Made by a program: the position numbers and the translations under genes. A DNA stretch of 64,000 nucleotides from an uncultured delta proteobacterium (GTDB lineage: Bacteria > Desulfobacterota > BSN033 > UBA1163). Each line of letters starts with the position of its first letter. Within the stretch, counting starts at the first letter, position 1. The notes under the pieces were generated by a model. That model was given only the letters and a program-made list of their open reading frames with translations. It was not told the DNA's origin and searched no databases. Where the stretch lies: NCBI GenBank assembly GCA_963711845.1, contig CAVQFR010000015.1, positions 150,347-214,346 of the forward strand. The letters run 5' to 3'. Below are positions 10,417-19,885 of the stretch, piece after piece.

Positions 10417-10830
10417 AAATTCCAAATTCCAAACCCCAAATCCAAAGTAAAGTGCCCCGCAGCAGAGCTGCGGGGCATTAAGATTCAAAACCTATTTCCA
10501 TGTCGTCATTCCTGCGCAAGCAGGAATCCAGTTTATGTTGGTCCCCTGTTTTCCAAGGAACAAGCCTGGATTCCCACTTTCGTGGGAATGACAGATGAGG
10601 TAACCCTGTACCAAGCTACATGGAATTATCAATTTAAAACTCTAAAACATTTCGTCTTCGGCGAACCTGTTTTCATCCGCCCAGCAGAGCTGGGCGGTAT
10701 TCAACAGGTGTCTTTTATAAATCCCGAACACCCATACCTAATGACCGAAACGGCTTTGTTTAAGTCTTTGAATTTGGGCCATTGGAATTTATTTGTCATT
10801 TGAAATTTGCGATTTGGCGCTTGTCATTTT
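10417..10830. repeat. Composite nested repeat: heptamer arms enclosing paired hairpins and a REP-like doublet
   Basis: Arms aaattcc/aaattcc/aaacccc and ...atttgaa/atttgcg/atttggc; hairpins 10452-10478 and 10677-10697; REP doublet 10504-10531 and 10566-10593. Confidence 0.7.
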
Positions 10831-13506
10831 ATGTCTGATCGTTCCAAACTTTTCCTAATCGATGGCTCTTCTTATATCTATCGTGCCTTCTATGCGATCC
10901 GTCATCTCTCCAATTCCAAGGGGCTTCCCACCAATGCGACGTTTGGCTTCGTTCAGATGCTTCTCAAAGTGCTCAAGGAGCATCGGCCGGATTATCTTGC
11001 CGTGATCTTCGATTCAAAGGCTCCCACCTTTCGAACCGAGGTCTATAAGGAATACAAAGCCAATCGACCGCCCATGCCAGAGAGCCTTGTCCCCCAGATT
11101 CCTTATATCAAGAAGGTCATCGAGGGATACCGAATTGCCCTCTTGGAGCGGGAGGGATACGAGGCGGATGATCTCATCGGAACGGTGGCCAAGAGACTGG
11201 AGTCAGAAGTCGATGTCGTGATCGTCACGGGTGACAAAGACCTCCTTCAACTGGTCAGTAATCGGATCCAGGTCTATGACAGCATGAAAGAGAAAAGGTT
11301 CGGGGTGGAGGAAGTGATCGAGCGTTTCGGCGTTTCTCCTGAACAGGTGGTGGAAGTGATGGGACTGGCTGGAGATGCCATTGATAACATCCCGGGTATC
11401 CCGGGTATTGGAGAAAAGACGGCCATCCAATTAATCAAAACGTATGGATCGATCGACAATCTCCTGACCCATGTGGAAGAAATTCCCCAGAAGAAATTGA
11501 AAGAAAATTTAAAGACCCATGGAGACCTCGCTCGTCTCAGCCGGAAGTTGGCAACGATCCATACCGATGTGCCCGTCAACTGCCAGTTAACGGATTTTTC
11601 TCTCTCCCCTCCTGATCTGAAGAGTCTGAAGGAGATTTTTAAAGAGTTGGAATTCAACAAACTCTTCAAAGAACTCCTTGAAGAAAAGGGTCCCCTGTCC
11701 GCGACGAGGGACTATCGTTTGGTCATCCATCAAGATGAATTCCTCGCCTTATTAGAAGATTTGAAAAAGGCCGCATCCTTTTCCGTCGATCTGGAGACCA
11801 CATCCCCTTATCCCATGTGGGCGGATCTGGTTGGGATCAGTTTGTCCTACACCCCACATCAGGCTTTCTATATTCCCCTTGCCCACCAAAATCAGGGGGC
11901 AACCCAGCAACTTCCTCTGCCTTGGGTATTGGAACAGTTAAAACCTATTTTGGAAGACAGAGGAATGAAGAAGGTGGGTCAGAACATTAAATACGATTGG
12001 ATTGTTCTCAAGCGATATGGGATTCACCTGCAAGGAATAGACGGGGATACGATGATCGCCTCCTACCTCCTCAATCCAACGAAACATAATCACAACCTGG
12101 GTGAAATTGCCCAGGAATATCTGGATCGCTCTGTCACGGACTACAAAGAGGTGGTGGGGACCGGGGCGAAGACATTGACCTTCGACCAGATTGAGCTTGA
12201 AAAGGCGAGGGACTACAGTTGTGAAGATGCGGATGTCACTCTCCAACTTTCTCATCTCCTTTTTCCAAAACTGGCGGAGGGGGGAATGAAAGACCTCTTT
12301 GACCAAGTGGAGATGCCCCTCGTCATGGTCTTGGCAAAAATGGAGATGAAGGGAGTAAGAATCGACCTGGACCTTCTCCGCGAGTATTCAAAGGAGATCG
12401 AAATCCAGCTTCAGCAGAAGATAGAACGAATCTACGGGTTAGCCGGAGAGGTCTTCAATATCAACTCTTCCCAGCAGCTGGGAAAAATCCTCTTTGATAA
12501 ACTGAAACTCCCCGTAGTCAAGAAGACCAAGACAGGCTACTCCACGGATGTGGATGTCCTGACCAAGCTCTCTCTCCAACATGACCTCCCCCTCGAGATC
12601 CTTGGATATCGCAACCTGAGCAAACTCAAATCGACCTATGTCGATGCTTTTCCTAAACTGATTCATCCAAAAACTGGCCGCGTTCATACCTCCTATAATC
12701 AAACCGTGACGGCGACAGGACGGCTCTCCTCGAGTGATCCCAACCTCCAGAATATTCCTGTCCGTGGAGAGGAGGGAAACCGGATCCGCCAAACCTTCAT
12801 TCCGGAGAAAGGATGGTCCATCGTCTCTGCAGACTATTCCCAGATCGAATTGAGAATTCTCGCCCACCTCTCCCAAGATGAAACGCTGATCCACGCCTTC
12901 CAAAATAATGAAGACATCCATGCCCGAACGGCTTCGGAGATTTTCAGCGTCCCGATGGAGAAGGTGACGCCTCCCATGAGGAGAGAGGCCAAAGTGATCA
13001 ACTTCGGCATCCTCTATGGAATGAGTGCCTATGGTCTCTCCCAACAACTCAGGATAGAGCCCAAGATCGCCCAGGCTTATATTGATGAATACTTCAAAAA
13101 ATATATCGGGGTTCAAACCTATATCGAAAAGAGTCTGGAAGAGGCTAGGCAGAGGGGATATGTGATGACCCTTTTGCATCGCCGCCGCTATCTACCGGAC
13201 ATTCACTCCCCCACCGTTGCCATCCGACAGGCGACAGAGAGGATGGCCGTCAATACTCCTCTCCAGGGGACAGCCGCGGATATGATCAAGGTTTCGATGA
13301 TCCACATCCAGAATCGGATTGAAGAACTCGGTCTTTCGACCCGGATGATCATGCAGGTTCACGACGAATTGGTCTTCGAGGTTCCCGAAGAGGAACTCCC
13401 AAAAGCCCTCCCCATGATTCAGAATGAAATGGAGACTGTGATGGATCTCTCTGTCCCGCTCAAAGTCTCGGTCCATGCGGGGAAGAACTGGGCAGAAGTA
13501 CATTAA
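10831..13506 (+). CDS. polA: DNA polymerase I
   Basis: LIDGSSYIYRAFYA, YEADD, TATGRLSSSDPNLQNIP, ADYSQIELR, QVHDEL. Confidence 0.99.
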   Translation: MSDRSKLFLIDGSSYIYRAFYAIRHLSNSKGLPTNATFGFVQMLLKVLKEHRPDYLAVIFDSKAPTFRTEVYKEYKANRPPMPESLVPQIPYIKKVIEGYRIALLEREGYEADDLIGTVAKRLESEVDVVIVTGDKDLLQLVSNRIQVYDSMKEKRFGVEEVIERFGVSPEQVVEVMGLAGDAIDNIPGIPGIGEKTAIQLIKTYGSIDNLLTHVEEIPQKKLKENLKTHGDLARLSRKLATIHTDVPVNCQLTDFSLSPPDLKSLKEIFKELEFNKLFKELLEEKGPLSATRDYRLVIHQDEFLALLEDLKKAASFSVDLETTSPYPMWADLVGISLSYTPHQAFYIPLAHQNQGATQQLPLPWVLEQLKPILEDRGMKKVGQNIKYDWIVLKRYGIHLQGIDGDTMIASYLLNPTKHNHNLGEIAQEYLDRSVTDYKEVVGTGAKTLTFDQIELEKARDYSCEDADVTLQLSHLLFPKLAEGGMKDLFDQVEMPLVMVLAKMEMKGVRIDLDLLREYSKEIEIQLQQKIERIYGLAGEVFNINSSQQLGKILFDKLKLPVVKKTKTGYSTDVDVLTKLSLQHDLPLEILGYRNLSKLKSTYVDAFPKLIHPKTGRVHTSYNQTVTATGRLSSSDPNLQNIPVRGEEGNRIRQTFIPEKGWSIVSADYSQIELRILAHLSQDETLIHAFQNNEDIHARTASEIFSVPMEKVTPPMRREAKVINFGILYGMSAYGLSQQLRIEPKIAQAYIDEYFKKYIGVQTYIEKSLEEARQRGYVMTLLHRRRYLPDIHSPTVAIRQATERMAVNTPLQGTAADMIKVSMIHIQNRIEELGLSTRMIMQVHDELVFEVPEEELPKALPMIQNEMETVMDLSVPLKVSVHAGKNWAEVH

Positions 13507-13510
13507 TGAT

Positions 13511-13609
13511 AGTTCGGAGTCGAGAGCTCGCCTGCCTGCACGAAGCGTTTCGGCGAAGGCAGGGAGTTCGGAGTAAATAATTAAAGTTCAAAACTCCGAA
13601 CTCCGAACT
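13511..13609. repeat. Heptamer inverted array interrupted by a CCTGCC...GGCAGG palindrome, between convergent genes
   Basis: agttcgg units vs aactccg units; insert 13531-13563. Confidence 0.75.
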
Positions 13610-13610
13610 T

Positions 13611-15158
13611 TTATTTAGAGGGGGTCCACTTCCCCTTCAATGCATCAATAGGGAATGGGTCGACGAAAGGAACAAAGGCTAAACTCACCTTACCACGTTT
13701 CAAGATCGCGGTTAAGATATCCTCGATCTCTTTTCGTGGGGCGAGCTCAGTGCTGATTACCCCATTGCTCTTCCAATCGAGAATCCAGACTTTCATCAGC
13801 ACCTTCGAAGGATCTCCCACCCCTTCGGCTGCCTTCTGAGTGGCCTCAGCCATTAACCCGATGGCCTCCCCCGTTTCGATATTTCGATCTTTCATGGCCT
13901 GGCGGTGGTAGGCCATCACGGCATAATAGTCAAAATTGTTTCTCAACGCTCCTGAAAGGCTCTGTGAGAACCAAGCCACGCCGTTCAAATCATTGAGGAC
14001 GGCTTCAAAATAGAGATTAATGGCGAATTGTAGGTTCGGATTTGATTCTCTGGAAGCTTCCATCAGTCGTTTGGCCACGTTCATTAACCAACGGTTCTTC
14101 CAGTTCGCCCAAGTCCAGAAGCGATCGGTATAACCCTTGACATAGTATTTTCCAGGGTCTGATTTATAAGGACCGATATAAAAGAGTTCCGGATCGGGCA
14201 AGTATCCAAATTCCTTCAGAAAGGCCTTATTGGCCTCGGGACTGAAATCCTCATCATGTCTAAGAATCAGATCGTCCTGAAACAGGATTCCATCAATGGG
14301 GGTGCGACCCAGGTCGCGGAAAAGGTTCTCAAGACGCTTCAACACTTCCGGGTGAAAGAGATTGAAGCCCCTTGCCATTTCCATTTTTTTCGTTTCAAAA
14401 TTGTACTTCACACACCGATATTCAGGAGAGCCTTCCAAACCATAGTTGGCATAACGCGTGGTCATCCATGCAAAGATTTCAAGTCCATTCCGATGAGCGA
14501 TCTCAGCCAACTTCCCTAAGATATCGTCAACGACGGGAGCATATTCCGTCTTGAAATAGACCCCCTCTTCACGACGGCCGGAAGCGAAGGGATACGTTCG
14601 ATCCCCTCGATTCTGAAAGACTCTAAGAATAATCGTATTCACGCCGGCATTTTTCAACTCCTTCATCCTCTTCTCAACTTCCTCAAGCGTCTTTCCTTCA
14701 AAATAGGAGGCCTGAACACAGATCCGTCTCTTCGCCTTCTTATCGTTGGGGAAGGGTTTTTTCACGACCCGTTCAAAAACAGTGGATGGCCCGAGTGTTT
14801 TTTCTTTCAACCGTTCCTTTGCAATCTGGATCCCTCTCTCTGCTTCTCTCCCACGGTCACTCTCTGGATAGTTTCTTAAATAGAGCTCTAATTGTTGAAT
14901 GGCCTCTTCATATTTTTCCATTTTGAGATAGCAAAGTCCGATCATGTATTGAGAATAGGAGACCAGTTTGCTGGCTGGAGCAGATCGAATGATGGTTAGA
15001 AAACCTTGAATCGCCTCTCCGCAGTTCCCCTTATGATAGAGCGCCATGGACGCATCATAGAACTCCCCAGGGTTCAGATGTCTCTCCTGCCCCTGACTTT
15101 GGGATGACCCTAAGAAAATGAAGATGAGCAAAAGCAATCCAACAGTCTTTCTTTTCAT
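13611..15158 (-). CDS. Exported TPR + PgaB C-terminal (GH153/GHL13-like) glycoside hydrolase domain protein
   Basis: Signal peptide; TPR (YMIGLCYLKMEKYEEAI..YLRNYPES); VNTIILRVF, IFAWM, DGILFQDD, DYYAVMAY match the PgaB C-terminal barrel; no deacetylase domain. Confidence 0.75.
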   Translation of the reverse strand: MKRKTVGLLLLIFIFLGSSQSQGQERHLNPGEFYDASMALYHKGNCGEAIQGFLTIIRSAPASKLVSYSQYMIGLCYLKMEKYEEAIQQLELYLRNYPESDRGREAERGIQIAKERLKEKTLGPSTVFERVVKKPFPNDKKAKRRICVQASYFEGKTLEEVEKRMKELKNAGVNTIILRVFQNRGDRTYPFASGRREEGVYFKTEYAPVVDDILGKLAEIAHRNGLEIFAWMTTRYANYGLEGSPEYRCVKYNFETKKMEMARGFNLFHPEVLKRLENLFRDLGRTPIDGILFQDDLILRHDEDFSPEANKAFLKEFGYLPDPELFYIGPYKSDPGKYYVKGYTDRFWTWANWKNRWLMNVAKRLMEASRESNPNLQFAINLYFEAVLNDLNGVAWFSQSLSGALRNNFDYYAVMAYHRQAMKDRNIETGEAIGLMAEATQKAAEGVGDPSKVLMKVWILDWKSNGVISTELAPRKEIEDILTAILKRGKVSLAFVPFVDPFPIDALKGKWTPSK

Positions 15159-15323
15159 GGGAGATTCCTTATCAGAAGAAATTTGAAATTTCAATTCTCT
15201 CTAGATGAATCCTACACCCCGTTCTTCTCTCTTCTTGCCCACCGGTACGCAGGGGAAGAAGGGAGGGGTGACGGGATTCCGAATCTTGGTCATTTGAATT
15301 TGGGGCTTGGGATTTGACGCTTA

Positions 15324-16688
15324 TTAAAAAAGTCTTTTCATCATTTCCTGAACGGAGTTGACCCCGATCAATTCGATGCCCTTGGTTCCCTTCACCTTTT
15401 CTTGATTCTGCTTCGGCATCAGGCAGCGCTTAAATCCCAACCTCGACGCCTCTTTCACCCTGACCTCTGATTGGCTGACGCCTCTCACTTCTCCTCCCAG
15501 TCCCACTTCTCCAAAGACCACCATCTCCGGATCGACCACCTTATCTTTAAAATTTGAGGCAATGGCGGCGATCACCCCCAGATCAGCCGCAGGCTCCTCC
15601 ACCTTCATCCCGCCGGCGATATTGAGAAAAATGTCCTGATTATTGAGATGCATCCCCAACCTTTTCTCCATGACGGCAACGAGAAGGGAGACACGGTTCA
15701 CATCCACTCCCTCGGCTGTTCTCCGTGGCATACCGAAGTTTGTGGGAACGACCAAGGCTTGGAGTTCAATCAAGATAGGCCTTGAACCCTCCAGGCTGGG
15801 CATGACGACTGACCCGGAGGCGGGCTGGGTCCGTTCAGAAAGGAAGAATTCAGAGGGGCTGACCACTTCCACCAACCCGGAATCCTTCATCTCAAAGACT
15901 CCAATTTCATTGGTGGAGCCAAAACGGTTCTTAACCGCCCTCAAGATCCGGAAGGCGTGAGTGGTCTCCCCTTCAATATAAAGAACCGTATCCACCATGT
16001 GCTCCAAAACCTTTGGCCCTGCGATAAAACCTTCTTTCGTCACATGACCGACGAGGAAAATGGGGATGGAGAGATGCTTTGCCAAATAGAGCAACCGGCT
16101 CGCCGCCTCCCTGACCTGACTGATCGATCCGGGTGTCGAAGGAAGTTCGGAGGAATAAATCGTCTGAATTGAATCGACCACTACGGTTGAAGGTCTGAGC
16201 GTCTGGATGTCCTGGAGAATTTTTTCTAAAGATGTCTCTGCGACCACAAAGAGGTGCTCTGAGGAGACGCCCAACCGATCCGCCCTCATCTTGGTCTGCT
16301 GGAGCGATTCTTCTCCAGAGACGTAAAGGACTTTTTTCCCTCTGAATGATAAACGGTTCATCACCTGAAGAAGAAGGGTGGATTTGCCGATGCCTGGATC
16401 GCCTCCGACCAAGATTACTGACCCGAACACAATTCCCCCTCCCAAGACCCGATCAAATTCTCCGATCCCGCTCTGAAATCTTCCTCTCTCTTCACCTACG
16501 ATTTCGGTGAGAGGAGTCGGAACAGCCTCTGTCTCAAAACCAAGGAGGTCTCGTTCAGGAGCTTTTTCCTCAATCACCCGCTCCTCAACGAAAGTGTTCC
16601 ACTCCTGACATCCCGGACACCTTCCCAACCATTTAGGCGCCTGGTATCCGCAGGACTGACATACAAAATGGGTTTTGGCTTTGGCCAT
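15324..16688 (-). CDS. radA: DNA repair protein RadA/Sms
   Basis: CQSCG..KWLGRCPGC, GDPGIGKST, KNRFG, GEVGLGGEVR. Confidence 0.98.
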   Translation of the reverse strand: MAKAKTHFVCQSCGYQAPKWLGRCPGCQEWNTFVEERVIEEKAPERDLLGFETEAVPTPLTEIVGEERGRFQSGIGEFDRVLGGGIVFGSVILVGGDPGIGKSTLLLQVMNRLSFRGKKVLYVSGEESLQQTKMRADRLGVSSEHLFVVAETSLEKILQDIQTLRPSTVVVDSIQTIYSSELPSTPGSISQVREAASRLLYLAKHLSIPIFLVGHVTKEGFIAGPKVLEHMVDTVLYIEGETTHAFRILRAVKNRFGSTNEIGVFEMKDSGLVEVVSPSEFFLSERTQPASGSVVMPSLEGSRPILIELQALVVPTNFGMPRRTAEGVDVNRVSLLVAVMEKRLGMHLNNQDIFLNIAGGMKVEEPAADLGVIAAIASNFKDKVVDPEMVVFGEVGLGGEVRGVSQSEVRVKEASRLGFKRCLMPKQNQEKVKGTKGIELIGVNSVQEMMKRLF

Positions 16689-16843
16689 AGAGTCTCCCCT
16701 TCTCCTTCTCCCCTGCCTATTGACTGGTAAGCTTGAAAGGAGAGGGATGGGGTGAGGATAAGCGTGAATTGCGGGCATTGTAACAGAAAACCACTTTAGA
16801 CGTCAAAAAAGAAATGGACGTGAAAGAAAAAAGAAGTCCAATG

Positions 16844-16873
16844 TTGACAGTGGAAATTATTACCCTATATACT
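16844..16873 (+). promoter_or_regulatory. Putative sigma70 promoter
   Basis: TTGACA-18 bp-TATACT upstream of the ORF at 16915. Confidence 0.5.
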
Positions 16874-16914
16874 GACCTTAATGACTTAGACTTGAGTAGT
16901 TCTAGGAGGTAAGT

Positions 16915-18384
16915 ATGGCAACAACTCCATCACCACTTTTAATCGCAAAAGGAAAAGGCGATATTTTCTTGCTGCCGAAAATGGCGAACCGTCATGGCCT
17001 CATCGCGGGCGCGACAGGCACGGGTAAGACAGTCACCCTCCGAGTACTGGCCGAACAGTTTAGCACGATAGGTGTCCCAATTTTCATGGCGGATGTAAAA
17101 GGTGATCTCTCCGGCTTGCCTTTTCCGGGAGGCGAAAATCCAAAAGTGGCCGAAAGGGTTAGCAAACTCGGCCTTAAAGATTTTAGCTTTGAGAATTACC
17201 CGGTAACCTTCTGGGATGTCTTTGGAGAACAGGGCCATCCGGTCCGTACCACCATTTCGGAGATGGGACCGCTGCTTCTGAGCCGGATCCTTAGCCTGAA
17301 CGAAATCCAGAGTGGTGTGTTGAGCATTACCTTCAAGATCGCAGACGACAACGGTCTCTTGCTTCTCGATCTCAAAGACCTGCGCGCCATGGCCCAGTTT
17401 GTGGGGGACAATGCCGAACAGTTCAAGACCCAGTACGGCAATATCTCTGCAGCCAGCATCGGTGCCATCCAGCGGGGCCTTCTGACTCTTGAGGAACAAG
17501 GAGGAGACAAATATTTTGGAGAACCTGCCCTGAATATCGAAGACCTGATGCAGACCGGACCGAAGGGGAAAGGGATGATTAACATTCTCACTGCCGATAA
17601 GTTGATGCAGTCACCCAGAATTTACGCTACCTTCCTGCTCTGGCTGCTCTCAGAACTGTTTGAGCAGCTTCCTGAGGTAGGCGACCCGGAGAAACCCAAG
17701 CTGGTCTTCTTTTTTGACGAAGCCCATCTGCTGTTTGAAGACGTCCCAAAGGCTCTGGAAGAGAAGATCGAGCAGGTGGTCCGTCTCATCCGTTCGAAAG
17801 GCGTGGGCGTATACTTCATCACACAGAATCCGCTCGACCTTCCTGAGACAGTGTTGGGCCAACTGGGAAATCGGGTACAACATGCCCTCAGGGCTTTCAC
17901 TCCCAAGGATCAGAAGAGTGTGAAGGTCGCTGCTGAGACTTTTCGCGCCAACCCAAAACTCAATGCCGTCAAAGCCATCACGGAACTGGGAGTCGGAGAA
18001 GCATTGGTATCCGTTTTGGACGAGAAGGGAACCCCGACCATTGTGGAACGTGCACTGATCTATCCCCCCCGTAGCCGGCTGAGCCCCCTCAATCCGGAAG
18101 AGCGGGCTCGATTTGTTCGAGAATCGGTCTTGTACGGACATTATGAGAAGACAGTGGACCGTGAGTCCGCTTATGAAAAACTGAAAGCGAAAGCCGAGCA
18201 GATGAAGATGGTTTCCCAGGAGGAGACGGCTCAGAAACGCCGGACCGTTGAGCCCAAGTCTCAGACAGAACAACTGCTGGGGGCAGCCGTAAAGAGCGCA
18301 GCCCATGCCATCGGCAGCCAACTCGGCCGTCAGATCATTCGGGGAGTATTGGGCTCCATCTTTGGTGGTGGCCGGAGGGGATAG
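16915..18384 (+). CDS. DUF853/YjgR HerA-like P-loop ATPase
   Basis: [39 protein letters not shown]. Confidence 0.92.
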   Translation: MATTPSPLLIAKGKGDIFLLPKMANRHGLIAGATGTGKTVTLRVLAEQFSTIGVPIFMADVKGDLSGLPFPGGENPKVAERVSKLGLKDFSFENYPVTFWDVFGEQGHPVRTTISEMGPLLLSRILSLNEIQSGVLSITFKIADDNGLLLLDLKDLRAMAQFVGDNAEQFKTQYGNISAASIGAIQRGLLTLEEQGGDKYFGEPALNIEDLMQTGPKGKGMINILTADKLMQSPRIYATFLLWLLSELFEQLPEVGDPEKPKLVFFFDEAHLLFEDVPKALEEKIEQVVRLIRSKGVGVYFITQNPLDLPETVLGQLGNRVQHALRAFTPKDQKSVKVAAETFRANPKLNAVKAITELGVGEALVSVLDEKGTPTIVERALIYPPRSRLSPLNPEERARFVRESVLYGHYEKTVDRESAYEKLKAKAEQMKMVSQEETAQKRRTVEPKSQTEQLLGAAVKSAAHAIGSQLGRQIIRGVLGSIFGGGRRG

Positions 18385-18462
18385 GTGCAATTTTTACTCT
18401 TGACAATCTTTTTTTTGTCGTAATACTATTTCCATTCAAAATCCAAATAAAGGAGGTCCATT

Positions 18463-18750
18463 ATGAAACGTGCTTTGATCGTGATGGGTGTGATTTTAAT
18501 TGTAGCAGCTTTCGCCTTTGCTCGCCCCCCTAAGGCCGACTATCAGTGGACGGGGACTGTTCTCGAGGCAGATGGCGACCACCTCGTTGTCGAAAAGGGA
18601 AAAGATAAGTGGGAGTTTGCGTATGACAAAGATACCAAGGTAACGGGGACTCTGAAAGTGGGAGCCAAGGTTACCGTCAAGTATGTCATGAAGGCGACCA
18701 GTATCGAAGCCAAGGAAGAGCCCGCCAAGAAAGGGGCGCCGAAAAAATAG
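18463..18750 (+). CDS. Small exported hypothetical protein (OB-fold-like)
   Basis: Signal peptide, AAGGAGG RBS, TKVTGTLKVGAKVTVKY. Confidence 0.75.
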   Translation: MKRALIVMGVILIVAAFAFARPPKADYQWTGTVLEADGDHLVVEKGKDKWEFAYDKDTKVTGTLKVGAKVTVKYVMKATSIEAKEEPAKKGAPKK

Positions 18751-18774
18751 CGAATGACTTTAAGATTGGGATGA

Positions 18775-18809
18775 ATTGGCGGCTCCATTTTGCGATCGGA
18801 GCCGCCAAT
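18775..18809. terminator. Hairpin between convergent genes
   Basis: attggcggctcc ... ggagccgccaat 12-bp stem. Confidence 0.6.
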
Positions 18810-18849
18810 CCTCCAACTCGCTTCTGCAATTCTATCTGATCTGGTTTCT

Positions 18850-19569
18850 TTATTTACTACCGAATACCTCTTTGAGAAGATCCGTGGTCCGGGCTGTTGG
18901 GTTTTTTCGGATTTTCATCTCCTCCTCGCCTACCATATGGAATAATCCATCAAGAGCCTTGGTCACGACATACTGGTCAAGGTCAAAACTTTCTTTTTTG
19001 ACAAACGGGATGTTCTCATAGCGTCCAACCAGTTCTTTATATTGCCGGGTTACGCCAACCTCATTCATGGCATTAGAGACGATGGGCTTGAATACGTCTG
19101 TGAGTCTATTGGTGGTTTTGCCTCTACAATAGTCTGTCGCTGCCGTATCATTTCCTGAAAGGATTTTTCTTACGTCTTCGAAAGTCATCTCTCCAATCGC
19201 ATCCCAGAAGATCTGTTTGGCGAAGGGAGCTGCCTTCTCAGCAGAGCGATTCATGCTCAGGACGAACTCATCCACCTCCGAACCATAGCCTACTGCCCTC
19301 AAACCTTTTTCGAAGGTCCTCAACTTTTCCGGCATCAAGATCTTGATGGCCTGATTGAGAAAGAACCCATCCTTCTTTCCGGTGAAATTGACAGCGTTTT
19401 CTGCCCCTATCTTCAACGCTTCCTTTAAACCAGAACCGATCTTCACATCACTCAGCCCGCTGCCTTTTTCACCCCCTCCGAGACTTTTAAAGAGTCTGTC
19501 TAATTGGGCTGAAGCAGGGAATGCGGATAACAAAATGACCGTAACGACTACGAAAATTCGGACGAACAT
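18850..19569 (-). CDS. DUF4197 exported protein
   Basis: [52 protein letters not shown]. Confidence 0.9.
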   Translation of the reverse strand: MFVRIFVVVTVILLSAFPASAQLDRLFKSLGGGEKGSGLSDVKIGSGLKEALKIGAENAVNFTGKKDGFFLNQAIKILMPEKLRTFEKGLRAVGYGSEVDEFVLSMNRSAEKAAPFAKQIFWDAIGEMTFEDVRKILSGNDTAATDYCRGKTTNRLTDVFKPIVSNAMNEVGVTRQYKELVGRYENIPFVKKESFDLDQYVVTKALDGLFHMVGEEEMKIRKNPTARTTDLLKEVFGSK

Positions 19570-19885
19570 AAGCCAACTCCTTTCCCCCTTTGAACCATAG
19601 GGTTAATTGTGTAGATAGGACCTTATATATAATTTACCACTTTTATGGAATTGTATCAACTTGAACGACCTAGCCGCCAGCTGACCCACGCTAAGCGGGG
19701 TTTTTCTTGCTATCTTATCAAACCTTTTGGAAATGTAAATTGTTTTCGAGTTGGAATTTCCCCGGTAAGGAATCATTCTGGCGCGGGGAATGCAAATTCA
19801 GTAGGCCTGAACAAGAATAAACTGCATTAACTTTCGTCTAATAAGATAAAACGCTATAATTGATTAAGAAGTGGAGGATGAAACA

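Noticed and set aside
10396-10803. 135-aa ORF
   Set aside because: Consists entirely of nested repeats
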